From positions 37,944,001 to 38,008,000 of the forward strand of contig NC_134468.1 in the NCBI RefSeq assembly GCF_964194025.1: 64,000 nucleotides of DNA. Direction: 5' to 3'. The position numbers and the translations under genes were made by a program. This DNA comes from Convolutriloba macropyga (lineage: Eukaryota). Shown one piece after another: positions 27,033 to 39,179 of the stretch. Numbering within the stretch: the stretch's first letter is position 1; the number at the start of each line of letters is the position of its first letter. Under the pieces are notes generated by a model that was given only the letters and a program-made list of their open reading frames with translations, made no database searches and was not told where the DNA came from.

Positions 27033-28033
27033 AAACATAGCAGGACAAATCCTGAAATACAATTCAATGAATTGAATGGAAAAGTTAGAAGTAATCTATC
27101 TGACCAGCAGATCAATTGAACAATGCAAGCCATAATATAATTAAAACCATCTCAAAAAATTGTGAAACTAAAACAATCAAAATAAACAAAAATATATTCA
27201 CTGCTCTTGAAACTTTAACCCCTAAGGCAAAATTTGATCTATTACATACCTATTTCAATATGTTCAAAGCCAATTTTTGTTTTTGAAATCGTTCCAGTAT
27301 TATATCAGCAAGACCTGAAAAAAATTCCAAAAATCGGAAGGTTAAATTGTTAAAAACAAATCCATTGAAGCTAAGAGCCAAGCAGTAACTTTTCATCAAA
27401 CCGTGGAATAGGTTTTGTGCCACTTGAAAATGGACAAACATCAAAAATTGACAAAAAAATATTAGGAAAACTTAATTGCAAACTTTATCAAAAAATGTTA
27501 AATTTCGAGACATTAAATGTTGAAAACCATTCCATTGTTAATAGAAACTATGCAGTGCCCTATTATCAAATCTTAAAGTAGATTCCCTGGCCCCTGACGC
27601 TAGAAAAACTTGAAAATAGCAAAACTTAGATTAATTTGCTTGTTTGTGTTATTAGTACCGAAACATATAGCTTATAAAATGGCCCTAATAAGTAATTTTG
27701 TCTTGTAAAGACCTTCGTCTGCTTTTAAAATCTTCAACCAAAGACTAATCAATTGGAAAATCAATTGGACTATTCAATTGGAAAATTGCACCATTTTGGG
27801 CCCAAACACTCCTAAAAACGATCTTTTAACCTTAAATTAAGGCAATCCCAGCAGCAGCGACACTAAGCACTTGAAGGACTACTAAAGCCCATTTTGGGCT
27901 TCTAATGAAATTTAATGCCCGCTGGGCATTACCTGTTTATCCCGTTTTGAAATATCAATGTCATTGAAAAGTGTGTGAACACGGCTTAAAAAAACAGCGC
28001 GCCAATACAATTCAAATTCTTTGAATTGTAAAA
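27033..28033 (-). mobile_element. HINE-like family F copy
   Basis: AAAACATAG-CAGGA(CAAA)TCCTG hairpin and TACAATTCAA at left; TACAATTCAAA-TTC-TTTGAATTGTA palindrome at right. The same end motif occurs at ~15, ~19490 and ~28850. Confidence 0.6.
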
Positions 28034-28139
28034 ACATAGCAGGAAAAGTCCTGACGTAAAATTCAAAGAATCTTCATTGACTAAACAAAAAACTAGAACT
28101 AGAACGGACTATGACTGAATTGGGAAAACCATTTCTAAA

Positions 28140-28645
28140 AAAACATAGGTGGCAGATATCCAGAGAACAGCTTCGTAGATCTTCAGTCTCAAAAAAAACA
28201 GTAAAAAAAGACAGACCAAAAAAAATAGTCTTTCCATTGAAGGCTGAGATGTTGAATTTTGATTAAAAATCTGTATAAGTTATTGCTGCCTCTATAAACT
28301 GCTCTCAAATAACCTTTATTTGGAGTGGCACACACCCATTTGACATTATCTCTTTGAAATAAAGTAATTAAAAGTCAATTCCAAAGTGAGGAAGTCATTT
28401 TTAGAGTGAGGTAAGTCAAGTGTGACCAAAAATTTAATCACGCGAATGAACAAAAAACTCGCTCCACAAAGAGCGAAAAATGACGTCACACATGCACTTC
28501 AGTTGAAATTGCATGAACGAATGAACAAAAGGCAGAGTTGAAGTGGTTGACGTCATATGGTCGTAACAAAAATCGCGACAATGAAATAAAAAAAACCAAG
28601 AGAAGGCCAATAATAGCCCCAGCTAACGCTGTGCGGCTATTAAAA
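28140..28645 (-). mobile_element. HINE-like family B copy
   Basis: Homologous to 49567-50015 plus 51814-51867; right end AATAGCCCCAGCTAACGCTGTGCGGCTATT. Confidence 0.7.
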
Positions 28646-28996
28646 ACAGAAAATCAATGTCAAAATGCGAAAATGGAATTTTGGTCAAACACACTATTTT
28701 AAATTAGAGTAAAAAAAATTCAAGCCCCAAAACCACTCGCTTTTTTGCGCCACTTCCTGTTTCGGCGTGATCAAAATCGCTACTCCAATTTGACTTAAAT
28801 ATCATGAAAGTGTGTGAACAGATCTTAAAAAAAGACAGCGACCCAATACAATTCAAATTCTTTGAATTGTAAAAATCCCAACAGCACCGCAATATAGCTC
28901 CGCTCAGCTTACGGCTTCGCAGCTATAATAAAAATCCCAAGAGGCTAACAAAACTAACAAATCATACTTTTCAGAAGAATAGGAATGATAGCACAC

Positions 28997-29272
28997 CTTC
29001 AGCCTCCGATGCTGCTTCTTGCCACGCATTTTCAAACAATTTCTCCTGATTTTCACTACTCCTCAAAAACTGTTCTGCCCAGTTTTCCGCATTTCTGGGT
29101 AACGGTTGCTGTAGTCTTTGAGGTGAAAAAACTGATGGCATATTTCGAGGTACAAACGATGGGTTCAAATTAGGGATCAATTGAGAGTCTTCTGAAGATG
29201 ACGACTGATCAAAGGAATTGAACATTGATCGGAACTGCTCTTGCCACCGATTAATTGCATCCTCGTCAGCAC
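28997..29272 (-). CDS. PEX5: PEX5 exon 2
   Basis: Acceptor tttacag|GT; WxxxF motifs WQEQF and WAEQF; donor AAG|gtgtgc, phase 1. Confidence 0.85.
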
Positions 29273-29571
29273 CTGTAAATAAGGCAAAAGTTCATGAAAG
29301 TCAATACAAGCTTTTACTTATGTAACCTTCATAAAACTTCTGCCGGCATAATTACTCACAGCGTGTTAACTTTTCACTCCAACATAATTAGCAATGCATT
29401 GGCTCCTAAGTCATCTCTTGTCCACGAATATATTAAATTATTACCCCAGCAGCATATTTCACGACGTGATTATCAATCCAACGGCCGAAACAGCAAAGCC
29501 AATCAACAATTCTGAATCCATCAAGTATTAGAAATTGACAGCAAGCGAAAAACTTGTGACACGTGACTCAC

Positions 29572-29899
29572 CAAATTTCATGCTGTCTGTATGTTGAGAT
29601 GAAATGAAATCCTGTACAAATACATTCTGTAAATCCCCGCCAGATGATGACAGGTGAGTTGATTGCGAGTCACTCTGAAGACTTTGAGGCACTGATGAAA
29701 GATGTAGAACTGGCAACTGAGTAGATGATTCTTGACGTGAAGACAAACCAAGTTCATGATCACTGTTTTCAGCTGGTATTTGGACCTTTCTTCTGACTAC
29801 AGTTCTGTTCTGGTAAGCACCATCCGATGTCGAGCTCTGAGCTAGTTCTGATAATTTGTTACTGCCAAGGCAGTCTGCATCGAACATTGACTTCTCCAT
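29572..29899 (-). CDS. PEX5: PEX5 exon 1
   Basis: MEKSMFDADCLGSNKL carries the conserved N-terminal monoubiquitination Cys; donor TTG|gtgagt, phase 1. Confidence 0.85.
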
Positions 29900-30949
29900 T
29901 GGAGCCGTGAAATTATTCGGTTTAGAATATTATTGGTACCAACTATTAACTGTGCGAATTGTAAGCATTACTACGTTCAACCTGAAAATGGATTTAACAT
30001 TGCTAAACCACAATTTCTGTCAAAACGTGAAATTTATGTCCTTGAATCTATGTGCTCAAAATCTAAGGACTTCAGAAAGAATATACAAACTTTCTTCACA
30101 TAAAATTCGTACCAATTAACACTAAGACATTTTACGGTTGCCAAAAACATTGTTTAAAAGTTTCCAAGACCTTCCTACATTTTATAACTTTAATGAACGG
30201 TCTGCATTTTCATACACTGTGTTCAACGAAGAAAATCGATTAATTTAGATCTCAAAATGTTTCTAAAAGAAACAGATTGCAATTCGAAAATGATTTGTCG
30301 CTTTCGATGAACTTGTTTCGATAGCACTACAACTAGTGTTTTGGAATCCAGTTAACAGTATCTATGGAAATGTAAGAAGGAAACGACCCTGATTCTCGGC
30401 CTATTTTGTCGTTCAGTCATCTTAAACTGACAAGCATCCTCTAGAGAGACATAACCAATAAAAACCTTCGCAACTCAATAAAATTTGCACAACTTAGAAT
30501 TTGCTGTTTTTATTGCACTATTTTCACTTTCTAAGCCTCAAATTGAGTTTTCCGAGAAGCTAAATTTTTACTTTGCGACTGTATCCCACAACGAAAGAGC
30601 AAAAACTTTCGCAGAAGTTTAACTGTGACGTATAGGTTGGTAGATCATAAAAGTAACTTTTCTCGTAAGATCAACGTTTCCAAGTGTTGAATGTTCTGAA
30701 AAAAACAAAACCTGCGACACCATTTTAAGTTCAGAGGAGAATAACAGGACACTCAAAAAATCTCACAAGACAGCACGGCTCACGTTTGATAGGTATTTTA
30801 TTTATTTGTTATCAAGTAATCTATTCTATATTAGCTTCCATGTTTTCTGGAAAGTAAGGGAAATTTCAATTTGTTCTTTTATATCGACATTGCATTCAAC
30901 ATTTATTTCACATATTATAACTTTTTGTCCTGAAGAAGGTTCAAATTCT

Positions 30950-32900
30950 TGGTCAAGTGTAACGGATAAATTCATCTGTTGATAAACTTTCCACTATAAA
31001 TGATGGACACAGTGAATTGAAGTCATAGTTTAATAGGAACTCTTCTTCCGTTTTGATTTCTATACCACTACGCTGACTATCATCATCTACATCTAACATA
31101 ACAACATTTATAGTATATTTTAATTTGGTGATTTTGGATTTTAGTGGTATCTGCGTAAGATTGTTGGTCAACAAAAACAATGTTTGCTTTTATTTTATTA
31201 TTATTTAATGGTGTAATTGGTTTACTTAAATGTAATAACTCTGGTTGCATCTATTCCGTGGTAACATATTTATTTCCAAGTGTAGTGGCTATACCTCCTC
31301 TTATTCCTTTTTCTATCATGAGTAATATATCATGTGTCTTCTCTCCCTTATGACGTTTTACTTTCATATTTATTTTCTTTACACCTGCTAACATTGATAA
31401 AGCCGGAGTCGCGCACCTATAACACGGATCATTTGTGACTCTGTCAACGCATTTGTCTCGAAAGTTTTCAAAGACTTGTGATATTATGTTTACATCTTGT
31501 TTTGAGTAGATAAATGTGCAGTCTTCCATTGTTTCGCATTGACTAAAAAAGATATAGTTAGCTTCAAGGTAATCCTTACGTGATAATTTGTTATTTTAAT
31601 TTAGAGTAGATTACTTCATATGGTGGAAATACGGTTTCATTCATTTTATATTCCCAGTCATCAGCAATGCAATCATATGGGTACACACTTTACTAATATT
31701 GTTATCTAATGTTTTAGCTGCGTCTACATTAACTGAAAACAATCTGAATGAATCTGGATCTGATAGTGATACATTCTACATCCAATGAAAACAAATCTTG
31801 TTTTTAGCTAATAAATTTAACTTTAACTATGATTCAGCTAGTTCCTTAATGAATAGAAGTATGCCATATTTAGATCCACTATAGAAGCACAGTGGTGCAA
31901 AATGGCAAAATTAATAGTAAAAGTTTTTCACAATAGCAAAAGTAAAAGAGGTTTTTCACAATAGTAAAAGTTAGTTGGTTGACCTGTAACACAATCTAGA
32001 CGCGTGATAAAGTTTAGGTTATTAATCTTCTAATATCCTCGCATGTTACAGTATTAGCTAGTTGACCACCACAATTTTTACCCACATATGTTACTTCATG
32101 GTCTTCCATTATTAGATCAAGATAACCAGATTTAAATACTAGTTAACAGGATGACATTTATCTTCTAAGTCATAAGCTTCAATGTCAGAATGTGCCTTAA
32201 AGTGTTCAGTTTTTTGAAAACCATTTATCAAATTGTAAGTTTCACAATTGTTTCTGATTTTCTAATATAAGAAAAACTTAACAGTTACAATATGGATATT
32301 TATTTGAAATATTAAGTATAGTTGACATGGTAGTGCATCATCACCAGTGATTCTTAATTAACAATAAATTACATGCTTCACAAATATTATGTTCTAAATT
32401 TTGTTCCTTTAACTCTTTTATCTTTGTCAACTTCAAAAACATTAAAACTGATGTTATCTTTGATATCTTTTCCTTTGGTTAGTTTATGTAACTTCCTTAG
32501 GTTTGTTTGATCATAAGAGAAACGGATATATGAGAGTTCAATTCTGAGGAAATAAGTAACTTCAGTCTTAAGGTCTTTGAAGTTGACAAAGATAATTTGA
32601 AGTTCTTTGCTTATTGTCAGAAGTTGGAAACATATAGGCTAAAATACTCCATATTGACCAACAGTCACCATCTATTTCCGTAACATTAATATTATTTTCT
32701 GATTTAAATGCTAATTCTCGATAGCTTCCACGAAATGAAATATAATATGAAATGAGATATTCCTGATATTCTTTTTAACATCCAACCAGATTCTCTCATT
32801 TGAGCTTCTCTCATTAAGTTTTTAAATTTTTTTAAATGTCAATAGTAACAGGCTGGTGTGTATACTTGTGGAATAGATGTGTGTCCAATTATGAAATTAG
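30950..32900 (-). pseudogene. Decayed Maverick/Polinton-type protein-primed DNA polymerase B
   Basis: Collinear motif remnants across frameshifts and stops: MRESGW (~32790), HSDIE (~32190), FYSGSKYGILLFIKEL (~31870), DSFR (~31750), VYPYD..FPPYEVIYSKL (~31650), QDVNIISQVFENFRD..DP..TPALS..IEKGIRGG (31251-31529), motif A YDFNSLCPS (~31010). Confidence 0.85.
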
Positions 32901-35900
32901 TTTCGTCTTCCTGATATTCTAATTCATCTCATAAACATGTTTTCATTGGATTATTGTCAAAGGGCAATTTTTTTTATTAAGAATGACTTCAAAGTTCTCT
33001 TGACGTGCTAAAATTGTTTTCTTTTTATCTGTATGATTGAGTTATTGAAACTAGTTGTGGTATTAGGCAGAGATTTGCTGTCTAGATTTGCAACATCTTA
33101 ATGTAATTTAGTAGAGTTTGTTAAGTGTTTGATCATTTGCAACCACTCGGGTATGTTTCAAAATTATTCGGAGACATCTTCAATAAAAAATTGGCAAAAA
33201 TATTAATTTAATATAAATTGATTGAATAAAGGTTTTTTAAATTTTTTTTTGGTTTATTTATTGAACTCGTGTTTTTGAAAAACTATAAAGATAAGCTGGT
33301 AATTTTTTTTGGTTTCACTTACTGTTTACACGGTCCAATTAGTTACACTATATATTTGGGATGCGTTCACTGGAGTCCATGAGGATAGAACCCAAACCAT
33401 CCGTCTGATAATGGTTAATAACCAGATTAACTCTGATATTAGCGGATTGCACTAAATGAGACAATATGTTTTAATTTCCAATAACTGGTGAATCATGTCA
33501 AGCCCATAAATGAAAATATGTGTAATTTTGCGTTAATTTTGTAAAAATAATTTTATAGAAAAAGGAATCCAGCCGCCAATGAAGAGTTAGCTGGATTCTT
33601 ACATTTACCAATACTGTCGCGGAATGCAGCAATATTGCTCCAAAATTTTAATTTTTCAGGTAATGCAATCATTTGAGCGTGTAAATTCAATTTAGAAGAG
33701 CACGCAGATGAAAACCTTATGAACATCGATAAAGCTCTAGGATAAGGTTTTCGGTAAAGCTCTAGGGAAAACAATGTAGGCTTTTTGCAAAGGCAACGAA
33801 ACCGGCAGAATTAACTATTCGTGATCCTACTCATAAGGATAAAACATAAGGCAATCACCGGACCCAAATTTGATCACTTAAGTTCTTTTTTATCAACCAT
33901 ATAATTCAAATAGATCAAAAACAGTGACTGAACGCAAAAGCTGTCATCAAAAAATATTACGCAAAGTCATCTAGTTGTTGCACAGTAAAACAAATTACCT
34001 GTTTTTGCTAGGGGAACGTAAACAATCATTATTTACAAACCTTGACAAAAATTGAAGTAGTCCACGACGATACAAGCAGTTTATTTCAGAGTGCCCATCA
34101 GGGACAATCAATAATAGCGGTACCTCGGCATACATGGCCTTTTTCAAACTTTTGCTCACACGCCTATCGGCTGGACCGCCACCTTTTATTACTAAGTTCG
34201 ACAGCCAAACAGATACACAAAATTTTTGAAATTTTATAATCGTAAGATATCTGCCATAATTTGAATATTTTACTCTAAATAGGTAGAGTTCAAGCAAGCC
34301 GATAGACAACTAAGCCGAATTTCGAAAAAAAGAGGAAATTGCTAGCTTTTCAAGCCAAAAATTTCCGAGATAGCGCTATTATAGATCGTCTCTGGCGGGC
34401 CGTGAGCACGCTTCGCCGCGATAACCAGTGCGCAGTTTCTGGTTTACATCCCATAGTGAATGAGAGGCACGGCCATTGAAAGCGATCTGCTGTGGGCTGG
34501 CAACCACTGGCTGCCTTAAAAATGACGTACTTTGTTTCAGTGGAGTACTGGAACATATTGTAAAATGAAAATACCAAGCGCTGCCTGGATTGCAAAGGTT
34601 AACAAAATTTATTATATTTCCTCCCTCATTCATTATACAATCTCCCTCATTACAATAACCATTTTTCCCAATTACTGATTATATTTTCCAGGGCTGAAGT
34701 ATTCTAGCTTCCCTGATAGGTTTACAGCGGGTCAATTAAAACATAGCTGGCATATTGCCGGAATATCAGCAAAATAGCTTGAGAGTCCTTAAACACTCAG
34801 CTATAGAGCGCACTCGCACACTGCAAATTCGACTACGCAAAAGGCAAGAAATCAAGCAACAATGATCTAACAAATGTAAAACAAAAATGAGTCAGACGAC
34901 GAAACAAAACACAGCCATTAGAATACCAGAGACGCTCGAAGTCGCGCAATAAAATCTCTAAACTCACCCCAACTAAAAAATCAGAAACAATAAAACTATA
35001 TGGAGTGTATTGAAAGTTCAATCGCTAGCCCATGAGTTTGGTGTCCGGTCGGGGGTAGGTGGCTGGGCGGAAGGGCTAAGTAAATAGATGGGGGTGTGCT
35101 ACTTCGGGGAGTAGGGAGTAGTTTGGTGAGGGGTGTCGGCATGAGGTCGGGGATGATTTGATGAGAAGTGTCTGGTTTTGATAGGGAAGAGGAACTGTTA
35201 TGGAAAGGAAACAACTAAAATGACCTTTCGAATTGAGAATTACCACCAGTTCCTAATTACATCTATTAGTAGCTAAACAAATGCTAAGTTGCAATTTTCG
35301 AAAACAGAAGTCAACCTTCTACAACAGAAGTCAATGTTCAAAAACAAACGACAATGGATCAAGTCATGAACAAAATTATGCGTTAGTTACTAAGCTACTG
35401 TTAGGTTCCAATATTCGAAAACACAAGTCAAGAATTCAAGTCATGAACAAACTTGCTTCAGCTCAATAAGAGTCATAGAAATACCGTAAACATATAAAAG
35501 AGTCGTGCAAAATAAAATCCTAACAAAGCTTAACTAAATCACAACCATCAAAAAATGTAAATGGCAAAAACCAAAAGTTAACTGCCTGGTAAACTATAGA
35601 GAGGGCGGTTGTTCGTTGAAGGGGTGGCCTGCAGTTTGCTTAGAGTGGTTGGCTTTAGTAGTGGCCAGCTGGGGCTCAGGGATGCTAGCATTAGGTGGAT
35701 GAGCGGGAGGGGATATCAAGCGTTGGGGGGTCGTGCCAAAGGGACTAGGGTCGGGAGCCCTGGACGAGGTGTCAAAATCTTCCGGTTGAAGGAATGTGGA
35801 CGAGGGGTGGACTGGGGTACAAACTTTTAAGACTAGGAATCGCCTTTCAAAGACCACGGGACTAGTGTAACTGACACAAACTTTGTTTGAGAGCAACTAA

Positions 35901-35989
35901 TCAGACAGAAGTGAATGTTCTAAAAAATAATTCAAATATCGAAAAATAACAAGTTCAAGTTATCAACACATATGCTTCAGCCAAAATTA

Positions 35990-38042
35990 TCGCTGGTACA
36001 ATTCCGTAAACTACACCAAGAGTCGTAGAACATAGTCTCTAAAACGAAGAAACTAATTAGCTCATAAAATAATAGTTAAGTGCTTTAGAAAATTCCAAAA
36101 CTTTTAGTCTACGAGTGTGGGTACATGGGGTTCAATGGGGGCCTGAAGAGGGTCATTCTGGTGGGGGTGCAGGTAGGTGGGGTAGAGCTTGCTTTGGGGG
36201 ATAAGTAGGGGCCAGGATAAGTAGGTTTGAGTTTCTTTTGGAGTGGGTGTGAGAGGTTGCTGCGGTGGGAGCTAATAGGGTGGTAATAGGCAGGTGGGAT
36301 AGGTCGGTGCTGGTGGTAATAGGCAGCTTGGGTAGTTAATTGGTGGCGGCGGGGTAGGTAGGTTTGTGGTGGGGGTAGGGCAAGTGGTGGGTGGTAGGGC
36401 AGGTGGTGGGTGTCTTCGAGTCGTGAAAAACCTGTAGAATACCAAAAGGGTTCTTCGATTAGTCAAAAATGAAAACCACAGCAGTATAAGTACGCTCTGA
36501 TTACAAGCTAGCTATAAAACAAACAACCAAAAATCTAAAGGACAATAGCACGCAGTTTACTCGCATTACTAATTGCGGATTAAAATGACCAACTTTTATT
36601 TACCCATATCATAGCTGTTATGAAAACAATTAGCTCCACAATTCGGTCCGAAATAATTATTGAAAACATAAAGTGACTTATGTCGGACAAATTGCTCTCG
36701 TACGATAGAGGCTGGGCAATTTAATTCAGGGGTATAGCCTAGATAAATCGTTCTTCCTGGGTGCAAAACAGACCGCGCAGGGTAGGATTCGAACCAAAGT
36801 CCTCTGGCGTCATCAACAGCAGCATTAACTTCTCAGATATTAGGCCCTTCTGATCTCCTACGCTACAGCCGCTTTTATTTCAGCAGCAAACTTTAATTCG
36901 GATGGCAAGCAAATGAAATCACTCAACAATTACTAAAACAAGTCACTTAAGAAGTCAGAAGAATGCTCTAGAGCAAACGCTCAAGCAAAAATTTTGCATA
37001 AAAAAGACATGTTTACGATTGCTTCAAACTTTGTTCGAGAGCATTTACAAACTCTCGTTATCTAAGCTAACGAAAAAAACTATATGCATGTGTTTCAAGG
37101 AATTGAATTGAACTAATTGAGGATAATGTATACAATAATCTTCAAAAAGATGGCAAATTCGCACGTTTCTAGTCACTGCTTTTAAGTCAACGCATGCTTT
37201 GAACAGTTAACGCTGGTACAATTCCGTAAACTACTCCAAGAGTCGTAGAACATAGTCTCTAAACTAACCTTACATAGTTCAAATAAAATAAACGAAAAAA
37301 TTAATTGGCGCATAAAACAATAGTTAAGTGCTTTAAAAACTTCAGAAACAGCTTTTAGTTTACGAGTGTTGGTACGTGGGGGTCAATGGGGACCTGAAGG
37401 TTGTCGTTCTGGTGGGGGGCAGGTAGGTGAGGTAGACCTGGCTTTGGGGGGATAACTAGGGGCCAGGATAAGTAGGTTTGAGTTTCTTTTGGAGTGGGTT
37501 TGGGAGGTTGCTGCGATGGGAGCTAGTAGAGTAGGTCGGTGCTGGTGGTAATAGGGAGGTGGGGTAGGTACGTGGTGGCGGTGGGGTACGTAGGTTTGTG
37601 GTAGGGGTAGGGCAGGCTGTGGGTGGTAGGGCAGGTGGTGGGTGTCTGCAGGTCGAATAAGAAGTTCAAGCCGTAACAAAACTGCTTCAACTAAAAACTT
37701 GTAGAATATCAAAAGTTTTGAAAAACCCGTAGAATACCAAAAGTGCTCTTCGATTAGTCATAAACGAAAACCAAAGCAGTATAGGTACGCTCTGATTACA
37801 GCTTCGCAGCTATAAAGCAAACTACCGAAAATCTTAAGGACAATTAATAGCACGCAGTTTACTCGCATTACTAACTGCGGAATAAAATGACCAACTGTCG
37901 TTTACCCATATCATAGCTCTTATGAGAAAAAATAGCTCCACAATTCGGTCCGAATTAATTATTGAAAACATAAAGCAACTAATGTCGGACAAATTGCTCT
38001 CGTACGATAAAGGCCGGGCAATTTAATTCAGGGGGTATAGCC
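35990..38042. repeat. Diverged direct duplication (~35990-36740 and ~37210-38042) with G-rich core
   Basis: CGCTGGTACAATTCCGTAAACTAC..CAAGAGTCGTAGAACATAGTCTCTAAA occurs twice; collinear G-rich and downstream blocks. Confidence 0.8.
36665..37046 (-). mobile_element. HINE-like family A copy carrying a tRNA-like segment
   Basis: AATTGCTCTCGTACG ... TTCGAGAGCATTT; internal B-box GGTTCGAATCC on the minus strand. Confidence 0.6.
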
Positions 38043-38678
38043 TTCGCGAAAAGCGCCAAAAACACAAATTTATAAAATTCTGGGTTATACAATGTCCTTT
38101 AGGGTCCATTACGGGGTTAAGCCGATGTATCATCAATTTTAACGTTATTAATGTTCTCATTCAAAAATGACTGCAGATAAAATAAGTCATGTTTCGAGGC
38201 TGACGCAATAGTTTTTCCTGATTAAGTAACGCCCAGTTCAACCACCAAAACAAGCGAAACCTGTTTCTCGATAGTTTCCAATGGAGAAAAACTTAAGGCG
38301 TTGTTTATATTCATTCATATTTATGCCTAGGATCATTTAAATTTTGAAATTTTTTTATATCACATAAGGATAATTAAAAAGATAGCACCAAAAACTCACT
38401 CCATGTAATTAAAACGATCGAACAGCTCATCAATGACTTATTGGAACACTTCCGGACAATAAAGAAAAAAGAGCGGTTGCATTTCAGCTTTCAAAGACAA
38501 CAAGCGCTCAGCCTTTGAGTCAATTCTTGTAGTCGAAACAATTCTGCACTTGAAGCGTTTTATGTCAAAGGTCCAATAATTGTCATCACAAACTTTATTC
38601 CCCATGGAACGAAATCAATATCCCCAATGATGTTTCAACGATGAAAATAACGATGATTTCTCGCCTGTTGAGAGACTT

Positions 38679-39179
38679 CTAGTCACACGATCCATCTTTC
38701 CATCCGTCGCGCCATCTTTCGTTCACTTTGGAGCAATCGAACTCTGGCTTATCCAGTCTTTTGTTCACACAGTTATGCAATCTACACATCCACTGTGAAA
38801 ACTCTTCATTAGAACCTACTTGCGGCGGCATAGTCTTCAAGTCTTTCCTCAATTCCTCGGCACAAGGCACGCAAGGATAAAAATTAGAGAAAAGACTTAA
38901 AAATTGCTTCATATCACTCTGTTGAGAATGCGTTGGTTTTTCCGGGTAGTACGCAGCCATCGTATGCAAAAACGACCACGTTTTCCTACCAAGTTCATTA
39001 GAGTCTAAAGGGCATTGAACTGAATTGGAGGTTTCACTGCTACTTGGCTTTGGTGAATCTGACCCTAAGTTATGGTCTGAGAACTTTTGCTCGCTCAGTT
39101 TTTTCCAACTATCAAAATCATGGCACACTCGCTGCTCACAATCTTTGTTTGAATCTTCAGCTGCGGCTTTTCGCCCCAT
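38679..39179 (-). CDS. GFER: FAD-linked sulfhydryl oxidase ALR/Erv1, intronless CDS, 166 aa
   Basis: [24 protein letters not shown], active-site YPCVPCA, WMCRLHN..VN..L.KPEFDC, C-terminal [13 protein letters not shown]. Confidence 0.97.
   Translation of the reverse strand: MGRKAAAEDSNKDCEQRVCHDFDSWKKLSEQKFSDHNLGSDSPKPSSSETSNSVQCPLDSNELGRKTWSFLHTMAAYYPEKPTHSQQSDMKQFLSLFSNFYPCVPCAEELRKDLKTMPPQVGSNEEFSQWMCRLHNCVNKRLDKPEFDCSKVNERWRDGWKDGSCD

Noticed and set aside
34350-34633. GC-richer block with overlapping ORFs; possible ncRNA
   Set aside because: No match to snRNA, SRP or rRNA motifs that I can recognise, and no splice or homology support.
34996-37712. Pro-rich minus-strand ORFs
   Set aside because: Translations of G/C-rich repeat cores.
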